Below are positions 1 to 19,900 of a stretch of 64,000 bases of DNA, piece after piece. Source of the DNA: Eledone cirrhosa (Eukaryota); NCBI GenBank assembly GCA_964016885.1, contig OZ024740.1, positions 313,038,001 to 313,102,000 on the forward strand, written 5' to 3'. Under the pieces are notes generated by a model. It was given only the letters and a program-made list of their open reading frames with translations, made no database searches and was not told where the DNA came from. Within the stretch, counting starts at the first letter, position 1. Every line of letters starts with the position of its first letter. The position numbers and the translations under genes are program-made.

Positions 1-3460
<3,460 letters not shown>

Positions 3461-3465
<5 letters not shown>

Positions 3466-4363
3466 ATACATTAACAGAGAAAGCTTTAAGCAATACTCCG
3501 ACCGGCTTCCGTCTCACTCAACAAACATTAGGATATACCTTAGTATAATCCCAATTATACGTTTGGGGTGCTAACTATACGTATTTTGCGGATAGCCAGT
3601 TGTATTATTTTATATGAGACATAATTAAAATACATCTCTCTTTCCAAACGATCGTTTCATTATAAGTTTTCTACAAATTCGGAAAATAATGTCCAGGTTA
3701 TGTAGAAGCCTACACATAGTCCGTAGGAATATATGTAGGTGGGCACTTATAAATCATCAGTGGATGCCCGACAAATATCGATAAAAAAAAACCTTACCGA
3801 TATTAATGTTCAGCGATGGTACCCCTCCGTGCTAGAATGACCGCCAAATTTGAAATTCCAGTAGTCTCACAATCAGTAATCTCACACTGCCATCAAGCGG
3901 AAAGGGGAGGTCATCGCAAAACATAAAATAATAAAATAATATGCACGCGGGTCAATTAAATCTTTCAATAATTTTAACCTTGCGTGTGAAGAACTCAATT
4001 GGATATAAAAAAATAAATATATGCATGTATCATTTATACACACATATAGGTATTTTCTTAGGCTAAAAACAGAGATAAGATACCGGAAGAACAATCAATA
4101 TTTCATACAAAGAATAAATACAGAAAGTCATACCTAAAAAGTATCTGGAAATATTCATCCCTGGCCAAATCAAGAGTATAATATTTAATACATTAATAGA
4201 GAAAGCTTTAAGCAATACTCCGACCGGCTTCCGTCTCATTCAACAAACATTAGGATATACCTTAGTATAATCCCAATTATACGTTTGGGGTGCTAACTAT
4301 ACGTATTTTGCGGATAGCCAGTTATATTATTTTATATGAGACATAATTAAAATACATCTCTCT
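3461..4363. mobile_element. Non-autonomous element with 181-bp terminal direct repeats, embedded in (TA)n (Penelope-pLTR-like or TRIM-like)
   Basis: 3461-3641 and 4183-4363 are direct copies (offset 722) with 3 visible mismatches; non-coding interior; TA tracts on both sides. The repeat is seen; the family assignment is inference. Confidence 0.65.
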
Positions 4364-4364
4364 C

Positions 4365-4818
<454 letters not shown>

Positions 4819-4820
4819 TA

Positions 4821-5657
<837 letters not shown>

Positions 5658-5661
<4 letters not shown>

Positions 5662-6010
5662 GTAAGTATGTATGTATACGTACATACATATATGTATACA
5701 GACGTACAGTAGCATGCACATATATATACATATATATACATATATATGCATACAGGCACACACATATATATATATGTACGTATCAGTTTAGCGAACATTT
5801 ATTATAATGCTCGCTTTGTCCGTTTGTAAACAAACTGATACGTACATATATATATATGTGTGCCTGTATGCATATATATGTATATATATATATGCATGCT
5901 ACTGTACGTCTGTATACATATATGTATGTACGTATACATACATACTTACATTTAAGTAAGTGCCGTACTAAGAGTGAGAAATGAAATTTCGTTTCATTCT
6001 ATTCTATTCC

Positions 6011-6013
<3 letters not shown>
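5658..6013. repeat. Fold-back (arms 5658-5789 / 5832-5953, 42-nt loop) plus ~60-bp tail, between (TA)n tracts
   Basis: AAATGTAAGTATG...TATCAGTTT pairs with AAACTGATAC...CATACTTACATTT; differences are mainly in internal TA/CA runs. Confidence 0.85.
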
Positions 6014-6094
<81 letters not shown>

Positions 6095-6095
<1 letters not shown>

Positions 6096-6491
6096 AAAGA
6101 AGAGAAATAGGACGAAGGTAAACAGTTACAAAAGAATTTAATCCATGTATTAACAATTGTTTCATCAGAGTTTCAGTCCATTTTTTTTCATTTCCTAAGG
6201 TCATTCCAACTTTGTATTTTGAAAATTCGGATGCCACAGTATCTTTCTTGATTGCCTATTATAACATAGTGTAGCAATAATGGACTGAAATTCTGATGAA
6301 ACAATTGTTAATACGTGGATTAAATTCTTTTGTAACTGTTTACCTTCGTCCTATTTCTCTTCTTTGATTACACTCCTCGTTTGTTCGTGTTTCCACTACA
6401 GAATCCCTACCAACCTGTCGAGTCACCTTAACGTATGTTGAGAACTTTCCTCACAACTTGTTCTACCAAGCTTTGGAATACTCCTAATAAC

Positions 6492-6495
<4 letters not shown>
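6095..6495. repeat. Fold-back (88-bp arms 6095-6182 / 6279-6366) plus ~130-bp tail, between (TA)n tracts
   Basis: CAAAGAAGAGAAATAGGACG...CAGTCCATT versus AATGGACTG...TCTCTTCTTTG, 2 mismatches seen. Confidence 0.88.
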
Positions 6496-6522
<27 letters not shown>

Positions 6523-6528
<6 letters not shown>

Positions 6529-6670
6529 GAGTAGTTGGAACAGTCGAGTTAAAGGCTCTGTAGTATCTGTTTCGGTTTTCTCAAGTCGAAGTTAACCGAA
6601 ATACCAGACAAGGGCGGCGAATTAACGTCATTAATTCCGACTCCGTGTATTGTGAGTTCAAACCTCGCCA
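6523..6670 (+). mobile_element. Degenerate tRNA-derived SINE 5' fragment(s)
   Basis: A-box-like TGGCAGAGTAGTTGG and B-box-like GAGTTCAAACC; resembles the SINE at 46155. Confidence 0.4.
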
Positions 6671-7182
6671 CAAAAATTGTCACCAGAAAAACTAATGGGA
6701 TTCCTGTCAGTAAGACACATTAGTCTAGTATCCTCTTATTCAGAGACATAACCAGGGACAATAGCTTCTATGGCAAGCAGTGAAATTGTGCCCCTGCCCA
6801 GCACTGTATATTTACCTATGGGCCTAATAATTTATATAAATGGTTTAATGATCCAGCCACCATAGTGTTCTCACCCATGATAGAGACAGGTCATACATCT
6901 GAAGGAGTTTCTTTTTTCCCCCTCTCCGACGAGGTTTATTTGATTTTCAAATTTTAAAAGAACTTGGTCCTAGTCCAAGTGGCGCCCCCTACATGTGGCG
7001 CCTATGGCACGTGCCATGTTACCATACCCTAGATACGCCTCTGCTCTTATGAGATGTAACTTAGTGGCAGGCCTGCTAAACCTACGCAGGTATGAGCCGT
7101 AACAACGACAACAATGGCACTCCCTCCCACACATACATACGTATACAAGGAAGCTGAGTAGTTCATACACATACTCTCATTG

Positions 7183-7595
<413 letters not shown>

Positions 7596-7929
7596 CACCT
7601 ACAAATATATTTTTCTGTGAGTTACCATCCCTATGAAGTGTTGGCTAGAAAATAATCACAAAATCCCTTCTTATACCTGTTACAACAGCAGTTAAGATTT
7701 GTCCAGGGATTATGTGGAGTTAAAGTAAAACATAGACAAAGCTGTAGACCAGCTAACCGTCTTTTGAATGTGTCAACACTCTACTTGAGGTCCTGTCAAC
7801 ACTGCTTTATGACACACCCACCTCACATTATATCATAACACTCAAAATACAACCCCTGGTCGTCTCTAATTGAGTATACTCGTGATCAAAGACGTTCTAG
7901 CCATGATCATCTTGTATTTTTTATATATC

Positions 7930-10900
7930 TAGCATTACATTTACAATTTCCAAAGTCTGGGCTGAAATGGACAATATGGAAAGAACATGGAAGTCAGATC
8001 TAGCCAATAAAATCAAAATACCATTCTTCGGAACATTTTCTTGTGTCGGTATTGTTGTATGGATCAGGTACATGGACCCTGACACAAGCACTTGAGTCAG
8101 GGTTGTTGTATGGATCAGGTACATGGACCCTGACACAAGCACTTGAGTCAGGATTGTTGTATCGATCAAATACATGGACTCTGACACAAGCACTTGAGTC
8201 AGTGTTGTTGTATCGATCAAATACATGGACTCTGACACAAGCACTTGAGTCAATGTTGTTGTATGGATCAGGTACATGGACCCTGACACAAGCACTTGAG
8301 TCAGGGTTGTTGTATGGATCAGGTACATGGACCCTGACACAAGCACTTGAGTCAGGATTGTTGTATCGATCAAATACATGGACTCTGACACAAGCACTTG
8401 AGTCAGTGTTGTTGTATCGATCAAATACATGGACTCTGACACAAGCACTTGAGTCAATGTTGTTGTATGGATCAGGTACATGGACCCTGACACAAGCACT
8501 TGAGTCAGTGTTGTTGTATGGATCAGGTACATGGACCCTGACACAAGCACTTGAGTCAGGATTGTTGTATCGATCAAATACATAGACTCTGACACAAGCA
8601 CTTGAGTCAGGGTTGTTGTATGGATCAAGTACATGGACCCTGACACAAGCACTTGAGTCAGTGTTGTTGTATAAATCAAGTACATGGACTCTGACACAAG
8701 CACTTGAGTCAGGGTTGTTGTATCAATCAAGTACATGGACTCTGACACAAGCACTTGAGTCAGGGTTGTTGTATCAATCAAGTACATGGACCCTGACACA
8801 AGCACTTGAGTCAGGGTTGTTGTATCAATCAAGTACATGGAGTCTGATACAAGCACTTGAGTCAGGGTTGTTGTATCAATCAAGTACATGGACTCTGACA
8901 CAAGCACTTGAGTCAGGGTTGTTGTATCAATCAAGTACATGGACTCTGATACAAGCACTTGAGTCAGGGTTGTTGTATGGATCAGGTACATGGACTCTGA
9001 CACAAGCACTTGAGTCAGTGTTATTGTATGGATCAGGTACATGGACCCTGACACAAGCACTTGAGTCAGGATTGTTGTATCGATCAAATACATGGACCCT
9101 GACACAAGCACTTGAATCAGGGTTGTTGTATCAATCAAGTACATGGACCCTGACACAAGCACTTGAGTCAGTGTTGTTGTATGGATCAGGTACATGGACC
9201 CTGACACAAGCACTTGAGTCAGGGTTGTTGTATCGATCAAATACATGGACTCTGACACAAGCACTTGAGTCAGTGTTGTTGTATGGATCAGGTACATGGA
9301 CCCTGACACAAGCACTTGAGTCAGGGTTGTTGTATCAATCAAGTACATGGACACTGATACAAGCACTTGAGTCAGGGTTGTTGTATGGATCAGGTACATG
9401 GACTCTGACACAAGCACTTGAGTCAGTGTTATTGTATGGATCAGGTACATGGACTCTGACACAAGCACTTGAGTCAGGGTTGTTGTATCAATCAAGTACA
9501 TGGACTCTGACACAAGCACTTGAGTCAGGGTTGTTGTATCAATCAAGTACATGGACTCTGACACAAGCACTTGAGTCAGGGTTGTTGTATCAATCAAGTA
9601 CATGGACTCTGATACAAGCACTTGAGTCAGGGTTGTTGTATGGATCAGGTACATGGACTCTGACACAAGCACTTGAGTCAGTGTTATTGTATGGATCAGG
9701 TACATGGACCCTGACACAAGCACTTGAGTCAGGATTGTTGTATCGATCAAATACATGGACCCTGACACAAGCACTTGAATCAGGGTTGTTGTATCAATCA
9801 AGTACATGGACCCTGACACAAGCACTTGAGTCAGTGTTGTTGTATGGATCAGGTACATGGACCCTGACACAAGCACTTGAGTCAGGGTTGTTGTATCGAT
9901 CAAATACATGGACTCTGACACAAGCACTTGAGTCAGTGTTGTTGTATGGATCAGGTACATGGACCCTGACACAAGCACTTGAGTCAGGGTTGTTGTATCA
10001 ATCAAGTACATGGACACTGATACAAGCACTTGAGTCAGGGTTGTTGTATGGATCAGGTACATGGACTCTGACACAAGCACTTGAGTCAGTGTTATTGTAT
10101 GGATCAGGTACATGGACTCTGACACAAGCACTTGAGTCAGGGTTGTTGTATCAATCAAGTACATGGACTCTGACACAAGCACTTGAGTCAGGGTTGTTGT
10201 ATCAATCAAGTACATGGACTCTGACACAAGCACTTGAGTAAGGGTTGTTGTATCAATCAAGTACATAGACTCTGATACAAGCACTTGAGTCAGGGTTGTT
10301 GTATGGATCAGGTACATGGACTCTGACACAAGCACTTGAGTCAGTGTTATTGTATGGATCAGGTACATGGACTCTGACACAAACACTTGAGTCAGGGTTG
10401 TTGTATGGATCAGGTACATGGACCCTGACACAAGCACTTGAGTCTGTGTTGTTGTATCAATCAAGTACATGGACTCTGACACAAGCACTTGAGTCAGGGT
10501 TGTTGTATCGATCAAGTACATGGACCCTGACACAAGCACTTGAGTCAGGGTTGTTGTATCGATCAAGTACATGGACCCTGACACAAGCACTTGAGTCAGG
10601 GTTGTTGTATCGATCAAGTACATGGACCCTGACACAAGCACTTGAGTCAGTGTTGTTGTATGGATCAGGTACATGGACTCTGACACAAGCACTTGAGTCA
10701 GGATTGTTGTATCGATCAAATACATGGACTCTGACACAAGCACTTGAGTCAGTGTTGTTGTGTCTATCAAATACATGGACTCTGACACAAGCACTTGAGT
10801 CAGTGTTGTTGTATGGATCAGGTACATGGACCCTGACACAAGCACTTGAGTCAGTGTTGTTGTATAGATCAGGTACATGGACCCTGACACAAGCACTTGA

Positions 10901-13900
10901 GTCAGGATCGTTGTATCGATCAAATACATGGACTCTGACACAAGCACTTGAGTCAGTGTTGTTGTATCAATCAAGTACATGGACTCTGACACAAGCACTT
11001 GAGTCAGTGTTGTTGTATCAATCAAGTACATGGACTCTGACACAAGCACTTGAGTCAGGGTTGTTGTATGGATCAAGTACATGGACCCTGACACAAGCAC
11101 TTGAGTCAGGGTTGTTGTATCAATCAAGTACATGGACCCTGACACAAGCACTTGAGTCAGGGTTGTTGTATCAATCAAGTCCATGGATTCTGACACAAGC
11201 ACTTGAGTCAGGATTGTTGTATCAATCAAGTACATGGACTCTGACACAAGCACTTGAGTCAGGGTTGTTGTATGGATCAGGTACATGGACCCTGACACAA
11301 GCACTTGAGTCAGGGTTGTTGTATCAATCAAGTACATGGACTCTGACACAAGCACTTGAGTCAGGGTTGTTGTATCAATCAAGTACATGGAACCTGACAC
11401 AAGCACTTGAGTCAGGGTTGTTGTATCAATCAAGTACATGGACTCTGACACAAACACTTGAGTCAGTGTTGTTGTATGGATCAGGTACATGGACTCTGAC
11501 ACAAGCACTTGAGTGAGGGTTGTTGTATGGATCAGGTACATGGAACCTGACACAAGCACTTGTGTCAGGGTTGTTGTATCGATCAAATACATGGACTCTG
11601 ACACAAGCACTTGAGTCAGTGTTGTTGTATGGATCAGGTACATGGACCCTGACACAAGCACTTGAGTCAGGGTTGTTGTATCGATCAAATACATGGACTC
11701 TGACACAAGCACTTGAGTCAGTGTTGTTGTATGGATCAGGTACATGGACCCTGACACAAGCACTTGAGTCAGGGTTGTTGTATCAATCAAGTACATGGAC
11801 TCTGATACAAGCACTTGAGTCAGGGTTGTTGTATGGATCAGGTACATGGACTCTGACACAAGCACTTGAGTCAGTGTTATTGTATGGATCAGGTACATGG
11901 ACTCTGACACAAGCACTTGAGTCAGGGTTGTTGTATCAATCAAGTACATGGACTCTGACACAAGCACTTGAGTCAGTGTTGTTGTATCAATCAAGTACAT
12001 GGACTCTGACACAAGCACTTGAGTCAGGGTTGTTGTATCAATCAAGTACATGGACTCTGATACAAGCACTTGAGTCAGGGTTGTTGTATGGATCAGGTAC
12101 ATGGACTCTGACACAAGCACTTGAGTCAGTGTTATTGTATGGATCAGGTACATGGACTCTGACACAAACACTTGAGTCAGGGTTGTTGTATGGATCAGGT
12201 ACATGGACCCTGACACAAGCACTTGAGTCTGTGTTGTTGTATCAATCAAGTACATGGACTCTGACACAAGCACTTGAGTCAGGGTTGTTGTATCGATCAA
12301 GTACATGGACCCTGACACAAGCACTTGAGTCAGGGTTGTTGTATCGATCAAGTACATGGACCCTGACACAAGCACTTGAGTCAGGGTTGTTGTATCGATC
12401 AAGTACATGGACCCTGACACAAGCACTTGAGTCAGGGTTGTTGTATCAATCAAGTACATGGACCCTGACACAAGCACTTGAGTCAGGGTTGTTGTATCAA
12501 TCAAGTCCATGGATTCTGACACAAGCACTTGAGTCAGGATTGTTGTATCGATCAAATACATGGACTCTGACACAAGCACTTGAGTCAGTGTTGTTGTATC
12601 TATCAAATACATGGACTCTGACACAAGCACTTGAGTCAGTGTTGTTGTATGGATCAGGTACATGGACCCTGACACAAGCACTTGAGTCAGTGTTGTTGTA
12701 TGGATCAGGTACATGGAGCCTGACACAAGCACTTGAGTCAGGATCGTTGTATCGATCAAATACATGGACTCTGACACAAGCACTTGAGTCAGTGTTGTTG
12801 TATCAATCAAGTACATGGACTCTGACACAAGCACTTGAGTCAGTGTTGTTGTATCAATCAAGTACATGGACTCTGACACAAGCACTTGAGTCAGGGTTGT
12901 TGTATGGATCAAGTACATGGACCCTGACACAAGCACTTGAGTCAGGGTTGTTGTATCAATCAAGTACATGGACCCTGACACAAGCACTTGAGTCAGGGTT
13001 GTTGTATCAATCAAGTCCATGGATTCTGACACAAGCACTTGAGTCAGGATTGTTGTATCAATCAAGTACATGGACTCTGACACAAGCACTTGAGTCAGGG
13101 TTGTTGTATGGATCAGGTACATGGACTCTGACACAAGCACTTGAGTGAGGGTTGTTGTATGGATCAGGTACATGGACCCTGACACAAGCACTTGAGTCAG
13201 GGTTGTTGTATCGATAAAATACATGGACTCTGACACAAGCACTTGAGTCAGGGTTGTTGTATCAATCAAGTACATGGACCCTGACACAAGCACTTGAGTC
13301 AGGGTTGTTGTATCAATCAAGTACATGGACCCTGACACAAGCACTTGAGTCAGGGTTGTTGTATCAATCAAGTACATGGACTCTGATACAAGCACTTGAG
13401 TCAGGGTTGTTGTATGGATCAGGTACATGGACTCTGACACAAGCACTTGAGTCAGTGTTATTGTTTGGATCAGGTACATGGACTCTGACACAAGCACTTG
13501 AGTCAGTGTTGTTGTATCTATCAAGTACATGGACTCTGACACAAGCACTTGAGTCAGGGTTGTTGTATCAATCAAGTACATGGACCCTAACACAAGCACT
13601 TGAGTCAGGGTTGTTGTATCAATCAAGTACATGGACCCTGACACAAGCACTTGAGTCAGGGTTGTTGTATCAATCAAGTACATGGAGTCTGATACAAGCA
13701 CTTGAGTCAGGGTTGTTGTATCAATCAAGTACATGGAACCTGACACAAGCACTTGAGTCAGGGTTGTTGTATCAATCAAGTACATGGACTCTGACACAAA
13801 CACTTGAGTCAGTGTTGTTGTATGGATCAGGTACATGGACTCTGACACAAGCACTTGAGTGAGGGTTGTTGTATGGATCAGGTACATGGAACCTGACACA

Positions 13901-16900
13901 AGCACTTGTGTCAGGGTTGTTGTATCGATCAAATACATGGACTCTGACACAAGCACTTGAGTCAGTGTTGTTGTATGGATCAGGTACATGGACGCTGACA
14001 CAAGCACTTGAGTCAGGGTTGTTGTATCGATCAAATACATGGACTCTGACACAAGCACTTGAGTCAGTGTTGTTGTATGGATCAGGTACATGGACCCTGA
14101 CACAAGCACTTGAGTCAGGGTTGTTGTATCAATCAAGTACATGGACTCTGATACAAGCACTTGAGTCAGGGTTGTTGTATGGATCAGGTACATGGACTCT
14201 GACACAAGCACTTGAGTCAGTGTTATTGTATGGATCAGGTACATGGACTCTGACACAAGCACTTGAGTCAGGGTTGTTGTATCAATCAAGTACATGGACT
14301 CTGACACAAGCACTTGAGTCAGTGTTGTTGTATCAATCAAGTACATGGACTCTGACACAAGCACTTGAGTCAGGGTTGTTGTATCAATCAAGTACATGGA
14401 CTCTGATACAAGCACTTGAGTCAGGGTTGTTGTATGGATCAGGTACATGGACTCTGACACAAGCACTTGAGTTAGTGTTATTGTATGGATCAGGTACACG
14501 GACTCTGACACAAACACTTGAGTCAGGGTTGTTGTATGGATCAGGTACATGGACCCTGACACAAGCACTTGAGTCTGTGTTGTTGTATCAATCAAGTACA
14601 TGGACTCTGACACAAGCACTTGAGTCAGGGTTGTTGTATCGATCAAGTACATGGACCCTGACACAAGCACTTGAGTCAGGGTTGTTGTATCGATCAAGTA
14701 CATGGACCCTGACACAAGCACTTGAGTCAGGGTTGTTGTATCGATCAAGTACATGGACCCTGACACAAGCACTTGAGTCAGGGTTGTTGTATCAATCAAG
14801 TACATGGACCCTGACACAAGCACTTGAGTCAGGGTTGTTGTATCAATCAAGTCCATGGATTCTGACACAAGCACTTGAGTCAGGATTGTTGTATCGATCA
14901 AATACATGGACTCTGACACAAGCACTTGAGTCAGTGTTGTTGTATCTATCAAATACATGGACTCTGACACAAGCACTTGAGTCAGTGTTGTTGTATGGAT
15001 CAGGTACATGGACCCTGACACAAGCACTTGAGTCAGTGTTGTTGTATGGATCAGGTACATGGAGCCTGACACAAGCACTTGAGTCAGGATCGTTGTATCG
15101 ATCAAATACATGGACTCTGACACAAGCACTTGAGTCAGTGTTGTTGTATCAATCAAGTACATGGACTCTGACACAAGCACTTGAGTCAGTGTTGTTGTAT
15201 CAATCAAGTACATGGACTCTGACACAAGCACTTGAGTCAGGGTTGTTGTATGGATCAAGTACATGGACCCTGACACAAGCACTTGAGTCAGGGTTGTTGT
15301 ATCAATCAAGTACATGGACCCTGACACAAGCACTTGAGTCAGGGTTGTTGTATCAATCAAGTCCATGGATTCTGACACAAGCACTTGAGTCAGGATTGTT
15401 GTATCAATCAAGTACATGGACTCTGACACAAGCACTTGAGTCAGGGTTGTTGTATGGATCAGGTACATGGACTCTGACACAAGCACTTGAGTGAGGGTTG
15501 TTGTATGGATCAGGTACATGGACCCTGACACAAGCACTTGAGTCAGGGTTGTTGTATCGATAAAATACATGGACTCTGACACAAGCACTTGAGTCAGGGT
15601 TGTTGTTTCAATCAAGTACATGGACCCTGACACAAGCACTTGAGTCAGGGTTGTTGTATCAATCAAGTACATGGACCCTGACACAAGCACTTGAGTCAGG
15701 GTTGTTGTATCAATCAAGTACATGGACTCTGATACAAGCACTTGAGTCAGGGTTGTTGTATGGATCAGGTACATGGACTCTGACACAAGCACTTGAGTCA
15801 GTGTTATTGTTTGGATCAGGTACATGGACTCTGACACAAGCACTTGAGTCAGTGTTGTTGTATCTATCAAGTACATGGACTCTGACACAAGCACTTGAGT
15901 CAGGGTTGTTGTATCAATCAAGTACATGGACCCTAACACAAGCACTTGAGTCAGGGTTGTTGTATCAATCAAGTACATGGACCCTGACACAAGCACTTGA
16001 GTCAGGGTTGTTGTATCAATCAAGTACATGGAGTCTGATACAAGCACTTGAGTCAGGGTTGTTGTATCAATCAAGTACATGGAGTCTGATACAAGCACTT
16101 GAGTCAGGGTTGTTGTATCAATCAAGTACATGGAGTCTGATACAAGCACTTGAGTCAGGGTTGTTGTATCAATCAAGTACATGGACCCTGACACAAGCAC
16201 TTGAGTCAGTGTTGTTGTATGGATCAGGTACATGGACCCTGACACAAGCACTTGAGTCAGGGTTGTTGTATCGATCAAATACATGGACTCTGACACAAGC
16301 ACTTGAGTCAGTGTTGTTGTATGGATCAGGTACATGGACCCTGACACAAGCACTTGAGTCAGGGTTGTTGTATCAATCAAGTACATGGACTCTGATACAA
16401 GCACTTGAGTCAGGGTTGTTGTATGGATCAGGTACATGGACCCTGACACAAGCACTTGAGTCAGGATCGTTGTATCGATCAAATACATGGACTCTGACAC
16501 AAGCACTTGAGTCAGTGTTGTTGTATCAATCAAGTACATGGACTCTGACACAAGCACTTGAGTCAGTGTTGTTGTATCAATCAAGTACATGGACTCTGAC
16601 ACAAGCACTTGAGTCAGGGTTGTTGTATCAATCAAGTACATGGACCCTGACACAAGCACTTGAGTCAGGGTTGTTGTATCAATCAAGTACATGGATTCTG
16701 ACACAAGCACTTGAGTCAGGATTGTTGTATCAATCAAGTACATGGACTCTGACACAAGCACTTGAGTCAGGGTTGTTGTATGGATCAGGTACATGGACTC
16801 TGACACAAGCACTTGAGTGAGGGTTGTTGTATGGATCAGGTACATGGACCCTGACACAAGCACTTGAGTCAGGGTTGTTGTATCGATAAAATACATGGAC

Positions 16901-19900
16901 TCTGACACAAGCACTTGAGTCAGGGTTGTTGTATCAATCAAGTACATGGACCCTGACACAAGCACTTGAGTCAGGGTTGTTGTATCAATCAAGTACATGG
17001 ACCCTGACACAAGCACTTGAGTCAGGGTTGTTGTATCAATCAAGTACATGGACTCTGATACAAGCACTTGAGTCAGGGTTGTTGTATGGATCAGGTACAT
17101 GGACTCTGACACAAGCACTTGAGTCAGTGTTATTGTTTGGATCAGGTACATGGACTCTGACACAAGCACTTGAGTCAGTGTTGTTGTATCTATCAAGTAC
17201 ATGGACTCTGACACAAGCACTTGAGTCAGGGTTGTTGTATCAATCAAGTACATGGACCCTAACACAAGCACTTGAGTCAGGGTTGTTGTATCAATCAAGT
17301 ACATGGACCCTGACACAAGCACTTGAGTCAGGGTTGTTGTATCAATCAAGTACATGGAGTCTGATACAAGCACTTGAGTCAGGGTTGTTGTATCAATCAA
17401 GTACATGGAACCTGACACAAGCACTTGAGTCAGGGTTGTTGTATCAATCAAGTACATGGACTCTGACACAAACACTTGAGTCAGTGTTGTTGTATGGATC
17501 AGGTACATGGACTCTGACACAAGCACTTGAGTGAGGGTTGTTGTATGGATCAGGTACATGGAACCTGACACAAGCACTTGTGTCAGGGTTGTTGTATCGA
17601 TCAAATACATGGACTCTGACACAAGCACTTGAGTCAGTGTTGTTGTATGGATCAGGTACATGGACCCTGACACAAGCACTTGAGTCAGGGTTGTTGTATC
17701 GATCAAATACATGGACTCTGACACAAGCACTTGAGTCAGTGTTGTTGTATGGATCAGGTACATGGACCCTGACACAAGCACTTGAGTCAGGGTTGTTGTA
17801 TCAATCAAGTACATGGACTCTGATACAAGCACTTGAGTCAGGGTTGTTGTATGGATCAGGTACATGGACTCTGACACAAGCACTTGAGTCAGTGTTATTG
17901 TATGGATCAGGTACATGGACTCTGACACAAGCACTTGAGTCAGGGTTGTTGTATCAATCAAGTACATGGACTCTGACACAAGCACTTGAGTCAGTGTTGT
18001 TGTATCAATCAAGTACATGGACTCTGACACAAGCACTTGAGTCAGGGTTGTTGTATCAATCAAGTACATGGACTCTGATACAAGCACTTGAGTCAGGGTT
18101 GTTGTATGGATCAGGTACATGGACTCTGACACAAGCACTTGAGTCAGTGTTATTGTATGGATCAGGTACATGGACTCTGACACAAACACTTGAGTCAGGG
18201 TTGTTGTATGGATCAGGTACATGGACCCTGACACAAGCACTTGAGTCTGTGTTGTTGTATCAATCAAGTACATGGACTCTGACACAAGCACTTGAGTCAG
18301 GGTTGTTGTATCGATCAAGTACATGGACCCTGACACAAGCACTTGAGTCAGGGTTGTTGTATCGATCAAGTACATGGACCCTGACACAAGCACTTGAGTC
18401 AGGGTTGTTGTATCGATCAAGTACATGGACCCTGACACAAGCACTTGAGTCAGGGTTGTTGTATCAATCAAGTACATGGACCCTGACACAAGCACTTGAG
18501 TCAGGGTTGTTGTATCAATCAAGTCCATGGATTCTGACACAAGCACTTGAGTCAGGATTGTTGTATCGATCAAATACATGGACTCTGACACAAGCACTTG
18601 AGTCAGTGTTGTTGTATCTATCAAATACATGGACTCTGACACAAGCACTTGAGTCAGTGTTGTTGTATGGATCAGGTACATGGACCCTGACACAAGCACT
18701 TGAGTCAGTGTTGTTGTATGGATCAGGTACATGGAGCCTGACACAAGCACTTGAGTCAGGATCGTTGTATCGATCAAATACATGGACTCTGACACAAGCA
18801 CTTGAGTCAGTGTTGTTGTATCAATCAAGTACATGGACTCTGACACAAGCACTTGAGTAAGTGTTGTTGTATCAATCAAGTACATGGACTCTGACACAAG
18901 CACTTGAGTCAGGGTTGTTGTATGGATCAAGTACATGGACCCTGACACAAGCACTTGAGTCAGGGTTGTTGTATCAATCAAGTACATGGACCCTGACACA
19001 AGCACTTGAGTCAGGGTTGTTGTATCAATCAAGTCCATGGATTCTGACACAAGCACTTGAGTCAGGATTGTTGTATCAATCAAGTACATGGACTCTGACA
19101 CAAGCACTTGAGTCAGGGTTGTTGTATGGATCAGGTACATGGACTCTGACACAAGCACTTGAGTGAGGGTTGTTGTATGGATCAGGTACATGGACCCTGA
19201 CACAAGCACTTGAGTCAGGGTTGTTGTATCGATAAAATACATGGACTCTGACACAAGCACTTGAGTCAGGGTTGTTGTATCAATCAAGTACATGGACCCT
19301 GACACAAGCACTTGAGTCAGGGTTGTTGTATCAATCAAGTACATGGACCCTGACACAAGCACTTGAGTCAGGGTTGTTGTATCAATCAAGTACATGGACT
19401 CTGATACAAGCACTTGAGTCAGGGTTGTTGTATGGATCAGGTACATGGACTCTGACACAAGCACTTGAGTCAGTGTTATTGTTTGGATCAGGTACATGGA
19501 CTCTGACACAAGCACTTGAGTCAGTGTTGTTGTATCTATCAAGTACATGGACTCTGATACAAGCACTTGAGTCAGGGTTGTTGTATGGATCAGGTACATG
19601 GACTCTGACACAAGCACTTGAGTCAGTGTTATTGTATGGATCAGGTACATGGACTCTGACACAAGCACTTGAGTCAGGGTTGTTGTATCAATCAAGTACA
19701 TGGACTCTGACACAAGCACTTGAGTCAGTGTTGTTGTATCAATCAAGTACATGGACTCTGACACAAGCACTTGAGTTAGGGTTGTTGTATCAATCAAGTA
19801 CATGGACTCTGATACAAGCACTTGAGTCAGGGTTGTTGTATGGATCAGGTACATGGACTCTGACACAAGCACTTGAGTCAGTGTTATTGTATGGATCAGG

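Noticed and set aside
6968-7045. GC-rich GGCGCCCCCTAC...TAGATACGCCTCTG, Harbinger-like end
   Set aside because: No partner TIR or TSD identified.
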